In this document: positions 10,100-19,691 of the stretch, piece by piece | Layout: every line of letters begins with the position of its first letter | How positions within the stretch are numbered: the stretch's first letter is position 1 | Origin: Lysobacter sp. | GTDB lineage: Bacteria > Pseudomonadota > Gammaproteobacteria > Xanthomonadales > Xanthomonadaceae | Reading direction: 5' to 3' | Assembly: GCA_019634715.1 (NCBI GenBank) | Contig: JAHCAU010000012.1 | Location: forward strand, 47,491 to 111,490 | Length of the DNA stretch: 64,000 bases | Notes under the pieces: generated by a model | What the model was told of the DNA's origin: nothing | Database searches by the model: none | What the model saw: only the letters and a program-made list of their open reading frames with translations | Made by a program: the position numbers and the translations under genes

Positions 10100-11143
10100 T
10101 CAGAGGACCCCGCGACGTTCCTGGTCCTTCTCCAGCGAGCGGAACAGCGCGCCGAAGTTGCCTTCGCCGAAGCCGAGGTGCTCCGCGCGCTGGATGATCT
10201 CGATGAAGATCGGGCCGATGAGGTTGCGGGTGAAGATCTGCAGCAGGTAGCCATCGTTGTCGCCGTCGACCAGCACCTGGTGCTCGCGGATCCGCGCGCG
10301 GTCCTCGCGCACGCCGGGCACGCGCTCGAACACTTCTTCGTAGTACGCGTCGTCGATCTCCAGCGTCTCGATGCCGCTGCCGCGCAGCGCGTCGAGCGAG
10401 GCCAGGATGTCGTCGGTGAGGAAGGCCAGGTGCTGCACGCCGGGGCCGCGGTATTCGCGCAGGTATTCGGCGATCTGGTCCTTGTCGTCCTTGGGCTGGT
10501 TGATCGGGATGCAGAACGAGCCGTCGGGCGAGCGCAGGGCGTAGCTGGTCAGGCCGGTCTTCGCGCCCTGGATGTCGAAGTAGCGCACTTCGGTGAAGCC
10601 GAAGATGTCCTTGTAGAACGCGGCCCACCGGTCGCGCCCGCCGATCGGCACGTTGTTGGTCAGGTGGTCGACGACCAGGAAGCCCTTGTCCTGCTGCACG
10701 ATCGGCTGGTCCAGCGGCACGAAGTCGCGGGCGTAGATGTCGATGGCCGTGTCGATGAAATACAGGACGCTGCCGCCGATGCCCCACACAGCGGGCCAGG
10801 CATGGTCCCTGGCCTCGGCCGGCACCGCTTCGGCGCCGCGCGCGACGGCGGTGGCCAGCGCGGCCTCGGCGTCGTCGACCAGCCAGCCCATCGCGCTGAT
10901 CGCCGGGCCGTGGGCGCGGGCGAACTCGGCGGAATGGCCCGCGCGCTCGCCGTTGAGCAGGAAGTGGATGTCGTTCTGGCGGAAATGGACGATGTCGCGC
11001 GCCGGGTGGCGGTGCAGCTTCGAGAAGCCGAAGGCGAGGAACAGGCGTTCCAGCGCGCCGAGGTCGGGACCGCCGGCTGTCGATGAGCAAAATTCGGTGA
11101 AGGCGATCCCGCGAAGGCCGCAGGGGTTGGTGGCGGTGTCCAT
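10100..11143 (-). CDS. hppD: 4-hydroxyphenylpyruvate dioxygenase
   Basis: Fe-ligand motifs DHLTNNV, GVQHLAF and FIEIIQR, plus C-terminal GFGEGNFGALF. A GAGGAG ribosome-binding site precedes the ATG at 11143. Confidence 0.92.
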   Translation of the reverse strand: MDTATNPCGLRGIAFTEFCSSTAGGPDLGALERLFLAFGFSKLHRHPARDIVHFRQNDIHFLLNGERAGHSAEFARAHGPAISAMGWLVDDAEAALATAVARGAEAVPAEARDHAWPAVWGIGGSVLYFIDTAIDIYARDFVPLDQPIVQQDKGFLVVDHLTNNVPIGGRDRWAAFYKDIFGFTEVRYFDIQGAKTGLTSYALRSPDGSFCIPINQPKDDKDQIAEYLREYRGPGVQHLAFLTDDILASLDALRGSGIETLEIDDAYYEEVFERVPGVREDRARIREHQVLVDGDNDGYLLQIFTRNLIGPIFIEIIQRAEHLGFGEGNFGALFRSLEKDQERRGVL

Positions 11144-11213
11144 TCGATGCTCCTCGTCAGGCGGGCCGGCGCAGGGGCCGGTTGGATTGACCCGGATTCT
11201 GGCGAGGCCGTAC

Positions 11214-11230
11214 ATTCGAAAAAAGCGAAT
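11214..11230. promoter_or_regulatory. LysR-type operator (T-N11-A dyad)
   Basis: ATTCG-AAAAAAG-CGAAT inverted repeat, T11216 to A11228 spaced by N11, in the divergent hppD/LysR intergenic region. Confidence 0.7.
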
Positions 11231-11262
11231 TGAATAGCTGCTCTCTTTCAGGAATTTCGAAC

Positions 11263-12147
11263 ATGAAGGTGGACTTGGAGGCCCTGCAGGCCCTGGATGC
11301 GGTGATCCGCCACGGCGGCTATGCCCAGGCCGCCGTGCAGCTGAACAAGGTCAGCTCGGCGCTGAGCTACCAGATCCGGAAGCTCGAGGACCAACTGCGC
11401 CTGCCGCTGCTGGACCGCAGCGGCTACCGGGTGCGGCTGACGCCCGAGGGCGAGGCGGTGCTGGCCGAAGGCCGACGCCTGCTGCAGCAGGCCGGGCGGA
11501 TCGAGACCCTGGCCGAGCAGCTCGGCAGCGGCTGGGAGGCCCGGCTGCTGGTGGTCGTGGACGGCATCCTGCCGCTGGCCGACACCTTGCAGGCGCTCAA
11601 GCGCCTGGCCGACGAGGGCGCGCCGACCCGCGTGCAGCTGAAGATCGAGTTCCTCGGCGGCGTGCAGTACCGGTTCGACAAGGAGCGCGCCGACCTGATG
11701 CTGGCCAAGGACTACGCGCCGGACCCGGCCTGCCGCGCGCTGGCGCTGGACCCGGTGGAATGCGTGCTGTGCGTGGCGCCCGAGCATGCCTTGGCGTGGC
11801 TCGGGCGCCCGGCGACCCTGGGCGACCTGCAGTCGCATGTCGAACTGACCGTGCAGGACTCCAGCGAACGCGGCGGCGAGCGCAACCTGTTCGGCGGCGA
11901 ACGGGTCTTCCACCTCTCCGGCTTCGTCGCCAAGCGCCAGGCGCTGCTGATGGGCATGGGCTTCGGCTGGCTGCCGCGCTATCTCGCCGATCCGCACCTG
12001 GCCGACGGCAGCCTGTGCGAGCTGGGCTACGAGGAGGGTGGCTCGCGCTACCGCTTCACGCCCTGGCTGGTCGAACGGCTGGACCGGCCGCCGGGCCGCG
12101 CGGGACGGCGGCTGGCCGATCTGCTGTCGGGCCGGCCGGAGGCATGA
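11263..12147 (+). CDS. LysR family transcriptional regulator
   Basis: N-terminal HTH (GGYAQAAVQLNKVSSALSYQIRKLEDQL...LLDRSGYRVRLTPEG) plus a substrate-binding domain. Divergent from hppD. Confidence 0.93.
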   Translation: MKVDLEALQALDAVIRHGGYAQAAVQLNKVSSALSYQIRKLEDQLRLPLLDRSGYRVRLTPEGEAVLAEGRRLLQQAGRIETLAEQLGSGWEARLLVVVDGILPLADTLQALKRLADEGAPTRVQLKIEFLGGVQYRFDKERADLMLAKDYAPDPACRALALDPVECVLCVAPEHALAWLGRPATLGDLQSHVELTVQDSSERGGERNLFGGERVFHLSGFVAKRQALLMGMGFGWLPRYLADPHLADGSLCELGYEEGGSRYRFTPWLVERLDRPPGRAGRRLADLLSGRPEA

Positions 12148-12174
12148 TCTGCCGGACACGGCGCACCGGGCATG

Positions 12175-12202
12175 AAAAAACCGCAGGCCCGGAGGCCTGC
12201 GG
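12175..12202 (-). terminator. Rho-independent terminator of the ABC/peptidase operon
   Basis: Stem CCGCAGGCC / GGCCTGCGG with a 4-nt loop. A6 at 12175-12180 gives a U6 tail on the minus strand. Confidence 0.75.
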
Positions 12203-12265
12203 TCGGGACAGCCGTCGACGCTGGGGATTGGGCGCCGGCGGCGGCCGGCGCGAACCGGCAGGTCG

Positions 12266-14434
12266 TCAATCGGACGTGGCGGCGCGGCGGGGTTGTGCTG
12301 CGTCGCCGCTCGTCGGCTGGCGCGGGCACAGCGCGCCGAGCGTCGCTCCGCACAGGCGCTGGCTGTCGGCGAGATAGGCGCGCAGCGCGCCGTCCGGTGG
12401 CGCCGGCGCCGGGCCATGGAGGTGCCGGTGCAGCATCGCTTCGAGCAGGTAGAGGTTCGATTCGCGGGCCAGCGGCGTGCGGTTGACGTGTCCGGCGTCG
12501 TCGTCGACGAACAGGCTGACGTCCTTGCCGGCGAGCTTCAGGCGCGCGGCGTACTCGACCACGCTGGCGATGCCGACGCGTCGGTCCTCGCCGCCGGCGA
12601 CCAGCAGCACCGGCCGGCGCAGCCGCGCCAGGTTGGCCATCGGCGACTGCGCGCGCAGCGCAGCCATGCGCGCGTCGTCGTCCGGATCCAGCGCCAGCAT
12701 GCGCAGCATGTCGGGCATCGGCACCGTGCGGCCCAGCGCCATCGACTCGGGATTGCGCAGGATCCAGCGCAGCGTCCAGGCCATGTCCGGCGGCGGCACG
12801 AAGGCGATGGCGGCCTTGAACAGGTCCGGCTCGAAGGTGACCCCGAGCAGCGCCGAATAGCCACCGAACGAAGCGCCCGCGATGCCGACGCGCTGCGGGT
12901 CGCCGATGCCCGACGCCAGCAGGTGGCGCGTGCCTTCGACGATGTCGCGCTGCACGCGGCCGTTGCCGAAGTCGCCGTTCGCCGCCAGCGTGTAGGCGAT
13001 GCCGTGGCCGGTCGAGCTGCGGAAGTTCGGCTCGAACACCGCATAGCCGCGATGCGCGAGGAACTGCGCGATGCCGTTGTACTCCGGCCGCGCGTGGTTC
13101 CACGGCCCGCCGTGCGCCAGCACCACCAGCGGCGCGCGCGCGGCGTCGCGGCCGGGCGGCAGGTGCACGAAGCCGTGCAGGCGCATGCCGTCGCTGGCCC
13201 GCCATGCCACGGGTTGGCGTGGCGACAGCGTGGCGTCGGCGATGTGCCGCGCCGGTGTGCGGTCACGCGCATGCAGCGGTGCGTCGTCGAAGAGCGCCGA
13301 CAGCGTGCCGGTCGCCGGATCGTAGCGATGCCAGCGCAGGCCCTGCTGGCGGCCGCCGCGCGCCTCGACCAGCCACTGCGCGCCGGGTCCGCGCGCCAGC
13401 GACAGGCGCAGGTCGCGGTCGGGCAGGCGCGCCGCGAGCGCATCCAGGTGAGGGCGCAGGCTCGCGTCGAGCGCATGGTTGCGCGCCACCGTGCTGCGAT
13501 ACGCGACGATGCGCGGCTGGTGCGTCGCCGGATCGATGACGATGCCATCGAGATCGGCTTCGCCGTGCGGATCGGCGTGCAGCACCCGTCGCGTCCCGTC
13601 GCGCGCCAGCTGGAGCAGTCCGATGCGTTCGGCCCCGTCCCCGCTGTCCACGTGCGCGCGCAGCAGCAGGTGGCCGTCGTGATCGACGGCCAGCGGCGTG
13701 CACACGCGCATGTGCGTGCAGCGCAGCGCTTCCACGGCGCGGCCATCGGCCTCGATGCGACGCACGACCAGCGACAGTCCTTCGACGCGCTGCACGTAGG
13801 CGAGCCGGCCGCGCGGGTCGAGCGCGAACCCGAGGATGCGCTGCGCGGCGCTGTGCAGCACGTCGCGACGACCGCGCGCATCGATGCGGACCAGATGCCA
13901 GCGCGCCTGCGCCGCGATGCCGCGCGGGCCGGTGGTTTCGAGCACGATGGCCGACGCCGGCCGGGTGGCGTCGACGCGCAGCACCTCGCGCCGCGCCTGC
14001 GGGCCGAGCGTGGTCATGCGGCCGGAAGGACCCTGTCCGGTGCCTTGCGTGTCGACCGCCAGTGCGTCGAGTTGTCCGGGCGATTCGAGCATCAGCCAGC
14101 GACCATCGCCGGACCAGGCCAGCGCCTGCGCCGGCGTGTGCGCGAGCAGGCGCCGCGTCGCGCCGTCGCCGAGCGTGCGCAGCCAGACTTCGCGCGCGCG
14201 GCCGGCATCGCGCAGCCAGGCGATGCGGCGGCCATCGGGCGACAGCACGACGGACGATAGGGTCGGCTGCAGCACGAAGGCCTTGCGCGGCAGCGGCGGC
14301 GATGCCGATGCGCTGGCAGGCAAGGATGCGGGGCACAGCAGAAAGAGCGACGCTGCGATGCAGGCCAGCACGCGGCGCGCGGACACGGTGGGTCGCGTCG
14401 CGGATCGTGTCGCGAGCGGGGTCGTCAACGGCAT
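12266..14434 (-). CDS. Secreted S9 family peptidase
   Basis: Signal-like N-terminus, propeller motifs (LSPDGRRIAW), HGGPW, nucleophile GASFGG, Asp in EDRRV and His in AGHV. Confidence 0.9.
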   Translation of the reverse strand: MPLTTPLATRSATRPTVSARRVLACIAASLFLLCPASLPASASASPPLPRKAFVLQPTLSSVVLSPDGRRIAWLRDAGRAREVWLRTLGDGATRRLLAHTPAQALAWSGDGRWLMLESPGQLDALAVDTQGTGQGPSGRMTTLGPQARREVLRVDATRPASAIVLETTGPRGIAAQARWHLVRIDARGRRDVLHSAAQRILGFALDPRGRLAYVQRVEGLSLVVRRIEADGRAVEALRCTHMRVCTPLAVDHDGHLLLRAHVDSGDGAERIGLLQLARDGTRRVLHADPHGEADLDGIVIDPATHQPRIVAYRSTVARNHALDASLRPHLDALAARLPDRDLRLSLARGPGAQWLVEARGGRQQGLRWHRYDPATGTLSALFDDAPLHARDRTPARHIADATLSPRQPVAWRASDGMRLHGFVHLPPGRDAARAPLVVLAHGGPWNHARPEYNGIAQFLAHRGYAVFEPNFRSSTGHGIAYTLAANGDFGNGRVQRDIVEGTRHLLASGIGDPQRVGIAGASFGGYSALLGVTFEPDLFKAAIAFVPPPDMAWTLRWILRNPESMALGRTVPMPDMLRMLALDPDDDARMAALRAQSPMANLARLRRPVLLVAGGEDRRVGIASVVEYAARLKLAGKDVSLFVDDDAGHVNRTPLARESNLYLLEAMLHRHLHGPAPAPPDGALRAYLADSQRLCGATLGALCPRQPTSGDAAQPRRAATSD

Positions 14435-14480
14435 GGGTGGACTCCAGTGCGCCGGGTCGCCATCGATCCGGCCGTCGGGT

Positions 14481-16328
14481 TCAGTGGACGGGGCGTGCGC
14501 TGGCGTCGTCCTGCCCTGGCACGCGATCGTTCGGGCGGTGCATCAGCCACAGCGCACCGAGCGCGGGCGGCCCGAACAGCGTGCAGGCCGCGATCCAGGC
14601 CCGGCGCCGCGCGGGCGTCAGGCCGAGGCGACGCGTGCGCCACCAGCCGCCGAGGCCGGCAAGGACCGACAGCACGACCGCCAGCCACCACATCGCGCGC
14701 GGAATCGGCGCCGGAGTCGTGGTCTCCAGCGGCAACGGCGGCGCCAGCAGCCTCAGCGCACGGTCGCGCACCGCATGCAGCACCGGCGAGATCACGAAGC
14801 TGCGATAGCGGAACACGGCCGGGTAGTCGTACCCGAGCCGGCGTGCCGCGATGGTCTCGATGCGGCCATCGTCGTGCGCGCGCAGCACGTACTGCACCGG
14901 CGCGGCGCCGTCCTGCGTGTAGGCGTTGTAGGTGTTGCTGAAGACGAACAGGTGACCGTCGACCAGTTCGATGATGTCGAGGTGGTAGATGTCGCGATAG
15001 GTGCCGGGAATCGGTACGCGCAGGCGCGGTGTCATCGCGTCGCGGTGCTCGGCTGCTTCGCGCGCATCGTAGAGGTACAACGCGCGGTCGCCGATCACGC
15101 CGAGGGTCTCGCCGAGCATGCCGACGCCGACCACGTGTTCGCCCTCGGGCAGGCGGATGCGCGCATGGATGCGCCGCTCGTCGCTGGCGTACTGGTAGGC
15201 GGTGTGGCCCGAGAGCAGCAGCACGTCGCCCTCGGCGCCGCCCGGCGCGGGACCCACGGGCACCGCAGGCGCAGCGAATGCGGCCTGCGACGCGCCCACG
15301 CCCAGCATGCCGACCGCGCTGCGGTCGTTGAGCCGCCAGCCGTGGAAGCGCATGTCGTCGTGGCTGAACACCCAGCGCACGCCCTGCGCGCGATCGTCGA
15401 ATTCCATCGGCGCGACGTTGGCCAGTTCGTGCCGTTGCGGCAGCCTGCGCAGCTGCGAGGGAATGCCCAGCGTGTCCGACAGCGCGATCTGCTCGCGCAG
15501 CAGCGGCGCATCGGGATGGCGGCTGCCTTCCAGCGCCAGGTGCATGCGCGTCGGCGCGTCGGCCTTTTCCACTTCGTTGTGGCCGCCGCGCGGCGGCGTG
15601 GCGGTGTTGTTCGGATGCGAGCCTTCCGCGATCCACGCGAACTCCGCGCCGAACGCCGCCAGCACCAGCAGCAGCGACACGCCGATCAGCAGCGGCATCG
15701 CCACGATCGCCTCGGCCAGCGGATGCGACGGCGGCGCGTCGAGATCGGGCTGGAACGAGGCCAGCACGACGGCCGCCAGGCAGAGCACGCACAGCGCCTG
15801 CAGCGCGAGCATGCCCGGGCCGGTGGCCGAGGCCATCGGCAGCAGCATCAGGAACGGCAGCGCGGCCAGCGCGCGCCGCGCGCCGCCGAGCATGCCCTGC
15901 ACGCCGGCGAGATAGCCGATCGTCGCCAGTTGCAGCCCGGACAGCGCCAGCAGCCAGTGGCGCGAATCGACCACGCGCGAAGTCATGGTGTCCTGCCACA
16001 GCGCGACCAGCAGGATGGGGATGGCCACCACCACGGCCAGCGCCGCGACGCTGGCGAGCATGATCGCGATCGCGACGCGACGCGGCGGCATCGGCCGGTG
16101 CAGCAGCGTCATCCACACGTTCGCCTTGCGGTAGGTGCCCATCTGGTACAGGCCCGCGAGCAGGCCGATCGCCAGGTGGCAGCCGCCGATGCTCCAGTGC
16201 ACCACCAGCGGCTGCTGCGCGAGATCGACCACGCGGGTCAGGAAGGCGAGCACGACCAGGTGCAGGCCGGCCAGCGCCAGCGCCAGCGTGCGGAAACGCA
16301 GGCATTCGGCCTTGAACAGTTCGAACAT
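14481..16328 (-). CDS. Multi-pass membrane protein, probable ABC permease with a large central soluble domain
   Basis: About 7 hydrophobic helices, a polar region of roughly 300 aa, then 2 C-terminal helices. GAGGAG RBS; starts 11 nt after the ABC ATPase stop. Confidence 0.7.
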   Translation of the reverse strand: MFELFKAECLRFRTLALALAGLHLVVLAFLTRVVDLAQQPLVVHWSIGGCHLAIGLLAGLYQMGTYRKANVWMTLLHRPMPPRRVAIAIMLASVAALAVVVAIPILLVALWQDTMTSRVVDSRHWLLALSGLQLATIGYLAGVQGMLGGARRALAALPFLMLLPMASATGPGMLALQALCVLCLAAVVLASFQPDLDAPPSHPLAEAIVAMPLLIGVSLLLVLAAFGAEFAWIAEGSHPNNTATPPRGGHNEVEKADAPTRMHLALEGSRHPDAPLLREQIALSDTLGIPSQLRRLPQRHELANVAPMEFDDRAQGVRWVFSHDDMRFHGWRLNDRSAVGMLGVGASQAAFAAPAVPVGPAPGGAEGDVLLLSGHTAYQYASDERRIHARIRLPEGEHVVGVGMLGETLGVIGDRALYLYDAREAAEHRDAMTPRLRVPIPGTYRDIYHLDIIELVDGHLFVFSNTYNAYTQDGAAPVQYVLRAHDDGRIETIAARRLGYDYPAVFRYRSFVISPVLHAVRDRALRLLAPPLPLETTTPAPIPRAMWWLAVVLSVLAGLGGWWRTRRLGLTPARRRAWIAACTLFGPPALGALWLMHRPNDRVPGQDDASARPVH

Positions 16329-16339
16329 GGAAGCGCTCC

Positions 16340-17254
16340 TCAGACCGACGCCGCGGGCGTGATGTGGTTCTTGGCGAGGAACGCGTTCACCGCCCGGTCC
16401 AGGCTCACCGGCATGCACTGCAGGTTGCGCGCGCCGGCGCCGCGCAGGAATTCGCCGAAGCGTTCGTCCTGGTCGAACACCAGGTAGTGCTGCAGGCCAT
16501 CGATGCGCTGCCGCTCCAGCAGGCCGGGGATGTCGGCGGCGTCCGGCCCCTTGAACGGGATGTCCGCGATCCAGTGGCTGACGCGCGCGCAGAATTCGTC
16601 GGGCGCCGACATGTGCACCAGCCGGCCGCGTTCGAGGATGACCAGGTTGTCGGCGACGCGCTCGATCTCCTCCATCTGGTGCGAGCAGTAGATCACCGTG
16701 CACCGCTCGGTCGCGTTGCTGTACATCAGCGATTCCAGGAACGCGCGCTTGGCGACCACGTCCAGGCCCAGGGTCGGTTCGTCGAGGATCAGCAGCTCAG
16801 GCGACCGCGCCAGCGCCAGCGCGAGGTTGAAGCCCGCGCGTTCGCCGCGCGAGAGCTGGCCGACCTTCTGCTCGGGCAGCACGTGGTAGTGGCCGATCAC
16901 CTCGTCGTAGGCGCGCGGGTTCCAGCGCGGGTACTCGCGGCGCTGCATCCGCGCGATGTCCGACACGCGCATCCAGCCCGGCAGGGTGTGTTCCTCGTTG
17001 ACGAAGCCGATGCGCGCGCGGTCGGCCGGCGACAGGTACGTGCTGTCGCGACCGAGGATGCGCGCGCTGCCGGCGCTGGGCGAGAGGAAACCCAGCAGCA
17101 CGCGGAACAGCGTGGACTTGCCGGCGCCGTTGGCGCCGACGATGGCGTGGATGCGGCCGCGCGGGATGCGCAGGACGAGGTGGTCGAGCGCGAGCTTGCG
17201 CCCGTAGCGCTTGCTCAGGCCGTCGGTTTCGATCACGTGGTCGGAGATGGACAT
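16340..17254 (-). CDS. ABC transporter ATP-binding protein (YtrB/CcmA-like)
   Basis: Walker A GANGAGKST, signature LSRGE, Walker B LLILDEPT and the H-loop CSH. Confidence 0.93.
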   Translation of the reverse strand: MSISDHVIETDGLSKRYGRKLALDHLVLRIPRGRIHAIVGANGAGKSTLFRVLLGFLSPSAGSARILGRDSTYLSPADRARIGFVNEEHTLPGWMRVSDIARMQRREYPRWNPRAYDEVIGHYHVLPEQKVGQLSRGERAGFNLALALARSPELLILDEPTLGLDVVAKRAFLESLMYSNATERCTVIYCSHQMEEIERVADNLVILERGRLVHMSAPDEFCARVSHWIADIPFKGPDAADIPGLLERQRIDGLQHYLVFDQDERFGEFLRGAGARNLQCMPVSLDRAVNAFLAKNHITPAASV

Positions 17255-17386
17255 GGCGGGATCCAGGGAAGTCGGGGCAGGGCGGAGCGTCGCGACCGCA
17301 GGCGGTACGACACGGCCGCCGTGGAACGGCGAAGGAGAGGGGCTGTGCCGGGCGTACGGAGCGACCGCGCGCCTCAGCACCCGTCG

Positions 17387-17797
17387 TCAGGCGGTCCTGC
17401 GGGGCGCCAGCGCGCGAAACTCGGCGTCCATGCGTGCATGGACCTCCTCGATGGTCGCGTCGAGCGGAACGACATCGTTGACGAAGCGCTGCACGGCCTC
17501 GTCGAAGCGGCGCTCGCGCTCCGCATCGCTCAGGCGCTGGCGCGGCGGCGCCACGAACAGGCCCAGGCCCTGGCGGCTGTCGACCCAGCCCTCGGTCGTC
17601 AGCTCGGCGTAGGCCTTGGCCACGGTGTTCGGGTTGATCGTCAGCTGCTGCGCCAGGCCGCGCACGCTGGGCAACTGGTCGCCGGCCTGCAGCTCGCCCG
17701 TGGCGATCTGCATGCGCACCGCATCGACGATCTGGCGGACGATCGGGCGGGTGTCGCCGGTGGCGATCTGGATCATCAGGGGGCGGGTTCGGGCCAT
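17387..17797 (-). CDS. GntR family regulator, YtrA subfamily
   Basis: PIVRQIVD...GDQLPSVRGLAQQLTINPNTVAKAYAEL...GLGLFV with a short C-terminal helix. First gene of an ABC operon. Confidence 0.92.
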   Translation of the reverse strand: MARTRPLMIQIATGDTRPIVRQIVDAVRMQIATGELQAGDQLPSVRGLAQQLTINPNTVAKAYAELTTEGWVDSRQGLGLFVAPPRQRLSDAERERRFDEAVQRFVNDVVPLDATIEEVHARMDAEFRALAPRRTA

Positions 17798-17813
17798 GGC
17801 GGCTTCGCATCAT

Positions 17814-17836
17814 CTGTACTGTGCGTACTAGTACAG
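17814..17836. promoter_or_regulatory. Probable YtrA-type autoregulatory operator
   Basis: CTGTACT-N9-AGTACAG inverted repeat with an internal GTACTAGTAC palindrome (17825-17834), directly upstream of the GntR start. Resembles the TGTA...TACA dyads of YtrA family operators. Confidence 0.72.
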
Positions 17837-18017
17837 CAACGATGGCGGGCGATGTCAAGCAGGAGACGGACGGTCGGTCCCGGCTGACCGCATTCCCGCG
17901 ATCCACACGTTGGAATCCAGGTAACGGAACAGCCACGGATGGGCGCGCATGATGTCGGCATCGCCGGCCGCGCGCCCGCGGTCGTCGATGTCGTCCTGGA
18001 GCGGGCCGGGTATCGCG

Positions 18018-19082
<1,065 letters not shown>

Positions 19083-19286
19083 TTGCTGCGCGTCCGACGC
19101 GCACCGTTTCGCCACCTCCTCCGCATCGCATTGCATCGCGGATGCATGCCCTGCCCGCATGCCGGCGCTGCGTGGGTGCGCCCGCACCCGGACGCATGCG
19201 CAAGCGGGTGCACCGGCACCCGGCGCGAAGGGATCGCGACGATGCATCGCCCAATGTTTTCAAGGCATCGCGTCGCGCACGGCGCA

Positions 19287-19302
19287 TGGCACGCCGATTG
19301 CT
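19287..19302 (+). promoter_or_regulatory. Sigma-54 (-24/-12) promoter of the eCIS operon
   Basis: TGGCACGCCGATTGCT matches TGGCAC-N5-TTGCW with exact GG-N10-GC spacing. It lies downstream of the bEBP gene and 36 nt before the first operon ORF. Confidence 0.88.
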
Positions 19303-19338
19303 TGCGGAGGACGTGCGGACTCCGATGGAAGCACCGCC

Positions 19339-19608
19339 ATGAGGACGGAAGGACATGCCGACGATCCACGCGACAGTGAAGTCGAACAGGCGCTGCTCGA
19401 TTACCTCGGACGGCATCCGCTGGCTGCGGACACACTTGAAGGCATCGGCGACCGCTGGCTTCCGCCGCCGCGTGCGTTCACGCGCCAGCGCGTCGAGGAT
19501 GCGCTGCGCCGCCTCGTCGACGATGGTGTGCTGCAGGTGCGCCGGCTGCCGAACGGCGATGTCCTGTACGCATCCATCCCGTCGCTGCGCGCGCCGCCTC
19601 CGCCCTGA
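19339..19608 (+). CDS. Small winged-helix-like protein, first gene of the eCIS operon
   Basis: EVEQALLDYLGRHPLAADTLEGIGDRWL...VEDALRRLVDDGVLQVRRLPNGDVLY shows a helix-helix-helix plus beta-hairpin pattern and high GC3. Confidence 0.7.
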   Translation: MRTEGHADDPRDSEVEQALLDYLGRHPLAADTLEGIGDRWLPPPRAFTRQRVEDALRRLVDDGVLQVRRLPNGDVLYASIPSLRAPPPP

Positions 19609-19691
19609 TCCATTCCCGAACCGCTGAACCCGCATCGCATCGGGCCGGCGTCGCGCCGGTCGCTCATTCGATTCCACCAAGGAGAACGGTT

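Noticed and set aside
10100-11143. hppD as hydroxymandelate synthase (HmaS) supplying hydroxyphenylglycine to the NRPS
   Set aside because: No hmo or hpgT is nearby, none of the three A-domain codes seen is Hpg-type, and the gene is over 40 kb from the NRPS.
19255-19270. IHF site between the putative UAS and the sigma-54 promoter
   Set aside because: TTTCAAGGCATCG only partly matches WATCAANNNNTTR, which is too weak to call.
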